From a virus (lineage: Duplodnaviria; Caudoviricetes), in IMG/VR virus record IMGVR_UViG_2209111019_000003, positions 1 to 64,000 of that record: a DNA stretch of 64,000 bases; one strand, 5' to 3'. Below are positions 54,180 through 62,034 of this stretch, piece by piece. The notes under the pieces are model-generated. The model was given only the letters and a program-made list of their open reading frames with translations, did no database searches and was not told the origin of the DNA. Position 1 is the first letter of the stretch, and each line of letters starts with the position of its first letter. The position numbers and the translations under genes were made by a program.

Positions 54180-54306
54180 CAGGGGTTCCCTTCAAGAAGC
54201 CTGGTGGTAGGGCCGGCCCGCGAGGTAGGAGTCGCGGTGTCCGGCCCGTCTTTTGTTGTGGGGGGCGCCCGCGGACTGGGTCCGGTAGGAGTGGGCTCCC
54301 GGCCGA

Positions 54307-54428
54307 TTCTCAAATTGGGATTTGAGAACCTGCTGATCCGAAGGTAGGTGCTCACGTGACGGCTCGTCAAGCTCCGGACGAGTGTTATCAAGCCACATCT
54401 TGAGACGGCGCCGGATTCGCCCTACCCT
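54307..54428. promoter_or_regulatory. Divergent promoters with TCAA-N8-TTGA operators
   Basis: Leftward TTGACG-N18-TACCTT (54370-54341); rightward TTGAGA-N17-TACCCT (54400-54428); palindromes at 54307-54328 and 54388-54403. Confidence 0.65.
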
Positions 54429-54434
54429 CAACCC

Positions 54435-54677
54435 ATGGCCAACTCCCTCGACACCGCGCTCGCACCCCTCGCCGACCACATCAGAGCCATCGGCGACCAC
54501 CGCGAGCGCTACGAAGAGATCGAGGCAGCCGAACAACACTTCCTCGCCCTCAAGCGCGCACTCCTGCAGGAGGTCGCCCTCGGACTGCGAGCCCAAGGCA
54601 AGAAGTGGAAAGAGATCGGCGACACCCTGGGCGGCGTCACTTACCAGCGCGCCTTCCAGATGGGCCGTGGCCAGTGA
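54435..54677 (+). CDS. Small HTH regulator (probable repressor of the transfer operon)
   Basis: 'GKKWKEIGDTLGGVTYQRAFQM'; leaderless; divergent from the operon. Confidence 0.75.
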   Translation: MANSLDTALAPLADHIRAIGDHRERYEEIEAAEQHFLALKRALLQEVALGLRAQGKKWKEIGDTLGGVTYQRAFQMGRGQ

Positions 54678-54731
54678 ATCGGTCATGCCACCGAGTCAAC
54701 TGCTGCCGCCCCAGGGACACGATGAGCCCGG

Positions 54732-54790
54732 AGTGCACCGCCAGTGCAGTCCCGGTGCAGGCAGTGCAGCCGTAGTGCAGTAGCAGTGCA
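54732..54790 (+). repeat. Phased GTGCA repeat array
   Basis: GTGCA at 54733, 54744, 54755, 54764, 54775, 54786 (spacing 11,11,9,11,11). Confidence 0.75.
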
Positions 54791-54823
54791 ACTCCCCGCC
54801 ACCAGGCGCCAAGGGGGCCCAGG

Positions 54824-55459
54824 ATGGACGTCATCAGCACGTGGACCGGACGGTCAGCGTGCGCACTCCAGTCGGCCCTCCGCATGACCAACGAGGCATT
54901 CGCCGACCGCCTCGGCGTCCACGTCCGCACCGTCGCCACATGGCACGCAGACCCCGAGAAGGAACCCCGGGCCGAAATCCAGGCGGCACTCGACACGGCA
55001 TACGAGAAGGCAGGGGGCGCGGTGCAGCAGCGATTCGCAGCCCTGTCACGCCCGGCCGTGCCCGCCGCGGAGGTTCAGGCCCTGCGCGTCGCCATCGCCA
55101 TCGTGGTGCGCGGCGACGACGTCCTCCTCGTCTGCCGGCGCGGCGACGATGCCCTGTCGTGGCAGTTCCCCGCCGGCATGGTCAAGCCCGGCCGCGCCCC
55201 CGAGGGTGTCGCCGTACAGGAGACCCTCGCCGAGACCGGCGTGCACTGCGCCGTCCGCGCCCACCTTGGCAGTCGCATCCACCCGGCCACTGGCGTCCTC
55301 GCCTCGTACCAGCTGTGCGACTACCTGACCGGCGACGCCGCGAACTTGGACGAGGTCGAGAACATGGCCGTCGCCTGGGTGTCCCGAGCTGATCTGCCGC
55401 GTTTCATTCCCGCCGACCGGATCTTTCCGCCAGTGCTCACCGCCTTGGAGGCAGCATGA
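54824..55459 (+). CDS. XRE-type HTH fused to NUDIX hydrolase
   Basis: 'NEAFADRLGVHVRTVATW' HTH; Nudix box 'GMVKPGRAPEGVAVQETLAETGV' (degenerate). Confidence 0.85.
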   Translation: MDVISTWTGRSACALQSALRMTNEAFADRLGVHVRTVATWHADPEKEPRAEIQAALDTAYEKAGGAVQQRFAALSRPAVPAAEVQALRVAIAIVVRGDDVLLVCRRGDDALSWQFPAGMVKPGRAPEGVAVQETLAETGVHCAVRAHLGSRIHPATGVLASYQLCDYLTGDAANLDEVENMAVAWVSRADLPRFIPADRIFPPVLTALEAA

Positions 55460-55866
55460 CCACCGCCGACCAGCCCGTCGTCTCCATGGCGATCATCGCC
55501 CACGAGGGGGCCGTCCTGATGATCCGCCGGCGCCAGCGCGAGGGCGAGCTGCTGTGGGCGTTCCCGGGCGGCGCGGTCGAGGCGGGGGAGGCGCCGGAGC
55601 AGGCCGCGGTCCGCGAGGTCGCCGAGGAAGTCGGTCTGACGGTCGCCGCCGTGCGGGTGCTGGGTGAGCGCGTCCACCCGAAAACCGGCCGGCCCATCAG
55701 CTACACCGCCTGCACCGTGGTCGACGGCGAGCCGACCGTCCTCGACGCGGAAGAGATCGCCGAGGTCGCCTGGGTCAAGCACAGCGAGATCCCCGCGCAC
55801 GTGCCCTACGGCCTGTACGACCCGGTCCAGGCGTACCTCGACGAGGTACTCGCCCCCTCCGCCTGA
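55456..55866 (+). CDS. NUDIX hydrolase
   Basis: Canonical Nudix box 'GGAVEAGEAPEQAAVREVAEEVGL'. Confidence 0.9.
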   Translation: MTTADQPVVSMAIIAHEGAVLMIRRRQREGELLWAFPGGAVEAGEAPEQAAVREVAEEVGLTVAAVRVLGERVHPKTGRPISYTACTVVDGEPTVLDAEEIAEVAWVKHSEIPAHVPYGLYDPVQAYLDEVLAPSA

Positions 55867-55879
55867 CCCCGCACACGCC

Positions 55880-55909
55880 ACCGCCCCGACGCCGTAGCGC
55901 CGGGGCGGT
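55880..55909. terminator. Stem-loop between convergent genes
   Basis: ACCGCCCCG...CGGGGCGGT. Confidence 0.6.
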
Positions 55910-55941
55910 TTGCTGCGTGTGCCGGGGTTCGGCGCGGCGGG

Positions 55942-56124
55942 TCACGCGGGGGTGTTGCGGCGGTCAGCAGCCCGGGTGGCCGGGGGCGCGTTGACGGCGG
56001 TGAGTGCGGCGACTTCGGCGGCCTCGGCGGCGCACAGCGTGCAGCCGGGGGTGAGCCCGTCGTGGCCGTGCTCCCAACGCTGGTGGATGCTGGCCATAGC
56101 CGCACGCAGTTCGGACACGAACAC
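55942..56124 (-). CDS. Small His/Cys metal-binding peptide (paralog of 9928-10071)
   Basis: RWEHGHDGLTPGCTLCAAE; RBS GAGGAG. Confidence 0.55.
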   Translation of the reverse strand: MFVSELRAAMASIHQRWEHGHDGLTPGCTLCAAEAAEVAALTAVNAPPATRAADRRNTPA

Positions 56125-56151
56125 GACAGGCTCCTCTCGGGCGGGCGGGAC

Positions 56152-56325
56152 TCAGGCGGGGCGGGTGATGGTGCGCTTCCACTGCTGACGCTCGCCCCGC
56201 TTGCGGGCACGGCGGGCGGTCTTGCGGTCGCGGCCGGGGGCCTGTCCGCAGCAGTGGCAGTCCCTGCCGCCGGGCCCGTCGGGGCAACGCCGGCCGATCA
56301 TCGGGGCCTTCGCGTCACGCGTCAT
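56152..56325 (-). CDS. Small basic Cys-containing protein
   Basis: RBS GAAGGA; 'CHCC...RRARKRGERQQW'. Confidence 0.5.
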   Translation of the reverse strand: MTRDAKAPMIGRRCPDGPGGRDCHCCGQAPGRDRKTARRARKRGERQQWKRTITRPA

Positions 56326-56344
56326 GGCGTGTGGTCCTTCCTGG

Positions 56345-56890
56345 TCAGGCGGCGAGGGTGGCGTCGCCGTTGATGACGGGTTCGCGTCCGGCGGCGGTGA
56401 GCATGAGCAGGTTGCGCCAGCCGCGCCCGTTGTCGGGCTGGGTGTTGTCGGTGATCAGGCCGCGCTGCTGGAGGGCGGCGATGGTCTGTTCGGTGGCGTT
56501 GATCGGGAGGTCGTTGGCGAGTCGGGCGAGTGCCCGCTTCATCGCGGGGGTGAGGTTGGGGCTGGCCATGGCGGGCTCCTGCGGGTCGATGGTCATGCGG
56601 TCGGTGCGGAATGTGGTGTCCTCGCCGTCGCGCCAGTCGTAGGCGCGGCAGGTGATGCGCCCGGCGTTGGTGGGGTCGAGGCGGCGGGGCGTGATGTTGC
56701 GGACGCTGACAGTTCCGGTGGTGTCGACGTACCTGATCCGCACGGTCGCGCCCGCGTCGATGGCCCGGTAGAGGGCGACGAGGAGTCGGTAGTGGGCCCC
56801 GCGGGCGGCGGTTACCAGGCTGGGGCCGGCGGTGAGTGCGGCACGGATCGTGCGGCGGATCAGGCGGGCGGTACGGGCACGAGCATTCAC
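56345..56890 (-). CDS. WYL-domain protein with C-terminal winged-helix-like segment
   Basis: 'AIDAGATVRIRYVD..G..SVRNITP...AYDWRDGEDTTFRTDRM' WYL core, then 'IAALQQRGLI...LTAAGR'. Confidence 0.75.
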   Translation of the reverse strand: MNARARTARLIRRTIRAALTAGPSLVTAARGAHYRLLVALYRAIDAGATVRIRYVDTTGTVSVRNITPRRLDPTNAGRITCRAYDWRDGEDTTFRTDRMTIDPQEPAMASPNLTPAMKRALARLANDLPINATEQTIAALQQRGLITDNTQPDNGRGWRNLLMLTAAGREPVINGDATLAA

Positions 56891-56958
56891 GGGATCCCCC
56901 AGGCGGTGCGGTGCGGGTGGTTCGGGTGCCCGCCCCGGGAAGGGGCGGGCGGAGTGGG

Positions 56959-57258
56959 TCAGCGGAGGTAGGCCAGCGGATTGACGGGGGAGTCCGGGGT
57001 GCACTCCGCGACCAGCCAGCGGTCGAACCGGTTGGTGCGGGCGCCGAGGTAGGCCGGGCTCTTCTCTTCCTCGCGGTCCCGGTCGTTCATCCGGCTTTCC
57101 AGCTCGTCCATGAGCCAGCCGCGGGTGATCTCGACGGCTCGGCCGGACTGGCCGTTGGTGAGCATCCAGGTCTCGGCGAGCCGCTCGTTCGACAGGCGGC
57201 CGATGGAGGCGCGTGCGATGGCCTCGGACTGCTTGGCGTTGTCCTGAATGCTTCCCAT
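56959..57258 (-). CDS. Hypothetical protein
   Basis: RBS AGGGAG; first gene behind a clear promoter. Confidence 0.65.
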   Translation of the reverse strand: MGSIQDNAKQSEAIARASIGRLSNERLAETWMLTNGQSGRAVEITRGWLMDELESRMNDRDREEEKSPAYLGARTNRFDRWLVAECTPDSPVNPLAYLR

Positions 57259-57297
57259 GTCCGTCTCCCTGCTCGCCGCTTCCTTGCTGATGTCTCC

Positions 57298-57400
57298 ACT
57301 TTAGCCAAGCGGCTTGGGCAATACAAGTAGGCCAAGCAACTTGGTCAAGATTCTTTAGGGATGACCAAGCTTGCCCCATGGCTATGGCCAAGCGGCTTGT
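57298..57400. promoter_or_regulatory. Divergent promoter region with CCAAG-N3-CTTGG operators
   Basis: Palindromes at 57305-57317, 57332-57344, 57388-57400; leftward TTGTAT-N17-TAAAGT (57326-57298). Confidence 0.75.
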
Positions 57401-57415
57401 GCAACCATGTGGGGT

Positions 57416-57715
57416 ATGACCGACTACAGCCCGAGCCCGCAGCTCGCCGCAGCGCTGGCCGAATACGAAAAGGCGCAGGCGGCAGAAGAATCAGCCCGGA
57501 CCAACCTTCGGGCCTCAGTCGCCGACGACCTCAAGACCTACGACGTGACCAACGAGGTCATCGCGCCCCATCTGCCATGGTCCAGCGAGACCGTCCGGGG
57601 TATTGCCCGCGAGTACGGCGTGCCTCGCAAGAGGAAGCCCACCGTCAGGTCGATCAAGCCGAAGAAGCGCACCGGCACGCACACCCCCGCCCCGCCCGCC
57701 GCAGAGGAGAGTTGA
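57416..57715 (+). CDS. Small HTH regulator
   Basis: 'TNEVIAPHLPWSSETVRGIARE' HTH-like; divergent across the operator array. Confidence 0.65.
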   Translation: MTDYSPSPQLAAALAEYEKAQAAEESARTNLRASVADDLKTYDVTNEVIAPHLPWSSETVRGIAREYGVPRKRKPTVRSIKPKKRTGTHTPAPPAAEES

Positions 57716-57718
57716 GCC

Positions 57719-57976
57719 ATGACCGAGACTTCCGAGGCCAGGCACTGGCTGTACGTGGCCATCCGCGCTAACGCCAAGGTCAACGCGGTCCGCGAGCTAC
57801 ACCGCCAGGTGATGGCTGGTGGCGTGGCCATGGGCATTTGCCAGGAGTGCGGCAGGCCGTCTCCGTGCCCGACTGCTCAAGTCGTTGCTCGCGAGCCTGA
57901 CGGCCCGTGCGACTGCGGACCGGACTGCCCCAAGAACATCCCCGTTGCCCCGTCCGACGCGAGGGGCGGCAAGTGA
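57719..57976 (+). CDS. Small zinc-binding protein
   Basis: 'VRELH...CQEC...PCPT'. Confidence 0.6.
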   Translation: MTETSEARHWLYVAIRANAKVNAVRELHRQVMAGGVAMGICQECGRPSPCPTAQVVAREPDGPCDCGPDCPKNIPVAPSDARGGK

Positions 57977-58674
57977 GCGAGACGGACCGCGCCGAGATGG
58001 TGCGTTACGACCAGCTCGCCGCCCGCGTGTACGGGGAGCGCCGCATGCCGTCAGGCACGCGGGATCTGATCCTCGCCCTCGGCTGGGTGACGCTCCGGGA
58101 CCCGCGACGCCACGACCCGACCGTCGGCATCTGGGCCCGGGCAAGGGATGTGATGAACGCCGACAACAAGACCATGTGGCAGCTCATCAAGGACGACGCT
58201 CCCCGGTACGAACACGACTGGCACGCCGACCCCCACGGTTGCCAAGCCCCCATGGTTCGCATCGAGCGGCTCTGCGAGCGCAATGCGGTCGACCACTTCA
58301 CTGAGGCCGACACCGCGACGGGCCGATTCCGCACTTGGGGCTTCTGTTCCCGGCCCCGCTGCCAGGCCTACGGCAAGGGCATCTACGAGCGGGCGCAGCG
58401 CTCCAACGCTGCCGCCCCTGCGGCGATCCCCAACACGGGCGGCCTGCTGCCGCTGTTCTTCGAGTGGAACTGGGAGGCGAAGTACGCCAAGGCCGACCCG
58501 CTGTGGACGGCTCCGTCTTACGGCCTGTCTGCTGACGAGTGGCCGACTATCGCTGGCGAGGAGCCGGTGTACGCCTTCCCGAAACTGCGGCTGATCACCT
58601 CAGGTGGCGAGCTTGTCGGCTGGCCCTACCCGCGCCTCTTCCCCGCCCCGTCCGACCCGGGGAGCGGCACGTGA
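57973..58674 (+). CDS. Hypothetical protein (Cys-containing)
   Basis: GTGA overlap; high-GC3 codon usage. Confidence 0.6.
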   Translation: MSETDRAEMVRYDQLAARVYGERRMPSGTRDLILALGWVTLRDPRRHDPTVGIWARARDVMNADNKTMWQLIKDDAPRYEHDWHADPHGCQAPMVRIERLCERNAVDHFTEADTATGRFRTWGFCSRPRCQAYGKGIYERAQRSNAAAPAAIPNTGGLLPLFFEWNWEAKYAKADPLWTAPSYGLSADEWPTIAGEEPVYAFPKLRLITSGGELVGWPYPRLFPAPSDPGSGT

Positions 58675-58865
58675 GCGCCCGGGAACCCGTGGTGGTCGAG
58701 TTGACCGTGGACGAGTTCCACGCAGCGGCCCGGCGCGCCCTGGCCACCGTGGGCCTCACCTACGCCGAACTAGCCGCCCAAGCAGCCCGCCACCAGTTCG
58801 CCTCGGACCAGGCACGGAAGGTCTGGTCGTGCATCGGCGACACCCTGCCGGTGGAGTTCACGTGA
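58671..58865 (+). CDS. Small hypothetical protein
   Basis: 'ALATVGLTYAELAAQA...F'. Confidence 0.55.
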   Translation: MSAREPVVVELTVDEFHAAARRALATVGLTYAELAAQAARHQFASDQARKVWSCIGDTLPVEFT

Positions 58866-59135
58866 GCAGCCGCAACGCAGGCAATGACGGCCCGGCCGAA
58901 CATGGTCAACTCGCCCTGGTGGCCTGCGAGTACGCGTAAAATGGCCCCATAAAAGCATCGGCCGGACGGGCACTAACACCGTCCGGCCGCTTGCTTGGTG
59001 AGCGGGTTACCAGCCCGCTCGTGGCGCGCCCACCTCGAAGTAAGAAGCGCCCTACAACCGCCCCTGCAAGGAAGAGGTTGCCCTCTTGAAGATACAGACC
59101 ATCCCGCGCCGTCGCCAGCAGACGGGTCGGCTGCG

Positions 59136-59930
59136 ATGAGGACGTTCCGCACCATGCCGCCGGAGGGCTGGGTCCCAGTAGCGAACGCGACCGCGCAGAA
59201 CCGGCGACTGAGCTGGCGCGCCAAAGGTCTCCTACTGGACATGCTCAGCTTCCCCGACGGCTACGAGATCACCTTCGACCGCCTGATGGCCATGGCCAAG
59301 GCCGCCGGCGACCCCGACGTTGAAGGCAGGGACGCGATGCGCCGTGCGATGCAGGAGCTGGAGCGCAAGGGATACATCGTTCACGGCCGCCGGTCAGTGA
59401 AGGACGAGACGACAGAGCGCGTGCTCTGGCGAACGGAGACCGCCGTATGTGACCTTCCCGGGCGCATCAATGTCCGGGGTACGGGTTTTCAGGAAGCCGG
59501 AGATTCAGGAGGCCGGTCGTCCAGTACGACGGAGGACCAGGAACTCTCTAACAACACGGATCTATACAAGAAGGATCAGCAAGACGAGCTGGGCAAATCT
59601 TCCTCCGCGCTCGCTTCCGCTCGCGCGGGGCAGAGGACGAGCCTGCAAGATCGCCGCGATGTTCTCGCCGACCTCTACGCCGCCGCCGACAAGCTCGACG
59701 AGCAGCGGCTACGCAGGCACCTGCTGACGTTCGAACGCCGACGCCCCCGCATCTACCGCGAATGCAGGCAGGCAGCGTTGGGTCAGATCGGCGGGCAGGC
59801 GGGCGGCAAGCAGTTGATGGCCGGAGCGGACGGCGTGCGGATCATCGACCTACTGGCGTTCAAGTACGCGCTCCAGCACTACTCCGACAACCTGCCCGAC
59901 TGGCTCGTGAAGCTGCCACGGGCCGCCTAA
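59136..59930 (+). CDS. Second replication-initiator-like winged-helix protein
   Basis: 'NATAQNRRLSWRAKGLL...PDG...GRDAMRRAMQELERKGYI'; internal direct repeats plus AT-richer stretch. Confidence 0.7.
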   Translation: MRTFRTMPPEGWVPVANATAQNRRLSWRAKGLLLDMLSFPDGYEITFDRLMAMAKAAGDPDVEGRDAMRRAMQELERKGYIVHGRRSVKDETTERVLWRTETAVCDLPGRINVRGTGFQEAGDSGGRSSSTTEDQELSNNTDLYKKDQQDELGKSSSALASARAGQRTSLQDRRDVLADLYAAADKLDEQRLRRHLLTFERRRPRIYRECRQAALGQIGGQAGGKQLMAGADGVRIIDLLAFKYALQHYSDNLPDWLVKLPRAA

Positions 59931-59940
59931 CCCGCTCCTT

Positions 59941-59975
59941 CGCCCCGTCTGCCGCTTCGTGTGGTGGGCGGGGCG
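59941..59975. terminator. Stem-loop between convergent genes
   Basis: CGCCCCGTCTGCCGC / GTGGTGGGCGGGGCG with G-U pairs. Confidence 0.55.
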
Positions 59976-59983
59976 CTGTCGTG

Positions 59984-60382
59984 TCAGGGGGTCGGGTTGC
60001 AGACGGTGCAGGGCCCGGTGCCGTCGAAGGCGAGTTGCCCGCGGGCTTGGTCGGCGTCGAGCGGCATCAGGCGCGCCCAGTCGGCGGGCTCGTCGAGGGT
60101 CCAGCAGTCCGCGTCGTGGATGGTCGACCCGCCGTTGGGCCGGCGTTCGTCGACTTCCATCACGTACCGGGGCCCGGCCGCCTGCGCGGGTTCGCGGGGC
60201 ACGGCGCTGTAGTCCTCGCCGGCCACCTTGCCGATCGCATCCGCGGGGATCTGGATGACGGCCTGCGCCCACCAGCTGCCGTCCGGGCCTTGCCGCCAGG
60301 CGAGGAGCCGGCCTGGGGTGGTGCGGCCGTTGGGCAGGCGCACCTCGACCCGGGGCGGGGGAGCATCGGGACGGTCGGACAT
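59984..60382 (-). CDS. DUF6233-like protein
   Basis: 'IHDADCW...PCTVCNP'; leaderless. Confidence 0.7.
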   Translation of the reverse strand: MSDRPDAPPPRVEVRLPNGRTTPGRLLAWRQGPDGSWWAQAVIQIPADAIGKVAGEDYSAVPREPAQAAGPRYVMEVDERRPNGGSTIHDADCWTLDEPADWARLMPLDADQARGQLAFDGTGPCTVCNPTP

Positions 60383-60395
60383 GTGTTCGAGCTTA
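60375..60395 (-). promoter_or_regulatory. LexA (SOS) box overlapping the start codon
   Basis: TCGAAC-ACAT-GTCCGA, one mismatch to actinobacterial TCGAAC-N4-GTTCGA; adjacent -10 TAAGCT. Confidence 0.7.
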
Positions 60396-60426
60396 GTGCA
60401 GGGCGGCGCCCCCGCCAGTGCAGCTC

Positions 60427-60651
60427 CTACGCCTCCGCCGCGGCCCGCAGCGCCTTCTGCCCGGTCACGGTGTCCCACGGGGTGCCGGACCGCGCCGCCC
60501 GCAACACGCGCATCGCATCCAGCTCCGCCTGCCGTAGCTCCCGCCGGCGCTCCACGGACACGGCCTCGGTCTCGGCCATCAACGTCGCAGTCGCGGCGTC
60601 GAAGGCGCGTTGCGCGGCGAGCAGGTCTGCGGGGATCGGGGTATCAGCCAT
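60427..60651 (-). CDS. Small helical hypothetical protein
   Basis: 'IPADLLAAQRA'; leaderless behind a RecA-NDp-like promoter. Confidence 0.65.
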   Translation of the reverse strand: MADTPIPADLLAAQRAFDAATATLMAETEAVSVERRRELRQAELDAMRVLRAARSGTPWDTVTGQKALRAAAEA

Positions 60652-60657
60652 GCCGCG

Positions 60658-60680
60658 ACCCTACGGGCCGGGTACGACAA
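60658..60680 (-). promoter_or_regulatory. RecA-NDp-like DNA-damage promoter
   Basis: TTGTCGTAC-N8-TAGGGT-N6-ATG. Confidence 0.6.
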
Positions 60681-60686
60681 CCCCAC

Positions 60687-60863
60687 CTATGCCGCGAGCG
60701 CCGCTTCCTCGCGTGCTTTCGCGGCCTGCTCCTCGGCGACCAGCCGCACATACTCGGCGAGCTCCGTCGGCGTCCAGCGGGCCCGCTTCGCCAACGCCCG
60801 GATCTCCGCGTTCACCAGCGCAGCAGAGCGCACGGGACCACCAGCGGCACGGTTATCGGGCAT
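60687..60863 (-). CDS. Small hypothetical protein (58 aa)
   Basis: 'RSAALVNAEIRAL...EYVRL'; below the ORF-track cutoff. Confidence 0.6.
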   Translation of the reverse strand: MPDNRAAGGPVRSAALVNAEIRALAKRARWTPTELAEYVRLVAEEQAAKAREEAALAA

Positions 60864-60869
60864 GCGATC

Positions 60870-60892
60870 ACTTTACGGGCCCCATGTGACAG
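60870..60892 (-). promoter_or_regulatory. RecA-NDp-like DNA-damage promoter
   Basis: CTGTCACAT-N8-TAAAGT-N6-ATG. Confidence 0.55.
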
Positions 60893-60926
60893 ACGAGCAC
60901 ACGCGAGACTGGACGGCATATGCCCG

Positions 60927-61193
60927 TCAACGCGCAGCCGGCGGGACGTCAGCAACGAACGTGCCCCGCTGCGGCACCACCGTCACGATCCCGTCCTCAA
61001 CCAGCACAGCAATCGCCCGGCGGACCGTCGTCCTCGCCAGCCCGTACTGCTGCACCAGATCGTTCTCGCTGGCGATCCGCCGGCCCGGCGCCCAATCCCC
61101 GCGCCCGATCCGCGCCTGGAGGATCCCGGCGAGCTGCCGATAGGGCGTCACGGGCCCCTCGTGATCGATTGCCGCGTCCGGATCCCAGGTCAT
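60927..61193 (-). CDS. GntR-family winged-helix regulator (DNA-binding domain only)
   Basis: 'PYRQLA...PGRRIASENDLVQQYGLARTTVRRAIAVLVEDG...RGTFV'. Confidence 0.88.
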   Translation of the reverse strand: MTWDPDAAIDHEGPVTPYRQLAGILQARIGRGDWAPGRRIASENDLVQQYGLARTTVRRAIAVLVEDGIVTVVPQRGTFVADVPPAAR

Positions 61194-61396
61194 GTGATCG
61201 ACGCTAAGCGTCACCCTACGAAGCGGCATTTCCAGCTACGTCGCTGAACGTAGCGATACAAGGCGCTACATTTGGAGCACAAGAAACCCCCGCGACCGCG
61301 CGAACGGCCCGGGGGCACGGCCACCCGAGGTGAGGCGGGCGACATATGGATGCTAACGGCGCAGACGCAGGACCGACGAGGCCACGGCCAGTCATC

Positions 61397-61853
61397 ATGC
61401 AGTCCACGCGCGTCCAGCCCGCACGCGGCACCCGCCCCGCGTACATCGTCCACGCCCCCGGCGCCGACGTACCCGCCGAAGCGCCGGCCTGCCCCGCGGA
61501 CTGCCCGACGTGCGGGGGGCGAGCCTGATGGTCCCCTGCATCAAACACGGCGGGTTCGTGCCCGAGCGGGACGCGCACCTCATCGGCTGGGACGACACCG
61601 GCTCCGGGCCCGGCGTGGCCCGCTACGCGTGCACCGACTGCGTCCGCGAACACGGCCTCGTACCCCTCGCGTTCACCGGCCGCCGGGACGCCGCACCCGT
61701 ACCCCCGGGGGATGCCGCATGAGCCCGCTGCCCATCCGTTGCGCCCGCTGCCAGCAGCCCCTCACCCGGGACCAGGCCGTCGAGGTCGACGAGGCACAGG
61801 CCACCGCCTCGTCCCTCGTCTACATCCACCGCGGCCCGTGCCCACCCCGGTGA
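61397..61853 (+). CDS. Three small coupled Cys-rich ORFs (61397-61528, 61528-61722, 61719-61853)
   Basis: TGATG/ATGA overlaps, CxxC motifs, followed by a hairpin at 61856-61898. Confidence 0.5.
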
Positions 61854-62034
61854 CCGCCTGCCGTCGCCCCGCCCACCCCCGTCAGGGCGACGGCAGGCAC
61901 CTCTACCCCTGTTCGGGGGTGACAGCAGGTCAAGGCATATGCGCAGCCGAAAGATTCACCCGTGTGGGTTACAGATGCACCGTTGCCCCCAGTGCTGGAA
62001 GTGCGGGACGGTGAAGGCGGTTCTTACTCCAGGG

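Noticed and set aside
56110-56123. Second SOS box (GTTCG-GACA-CGAAC)
   Set aside because: Half-sites are in the reverse order to a LexA box and lie within a coding start
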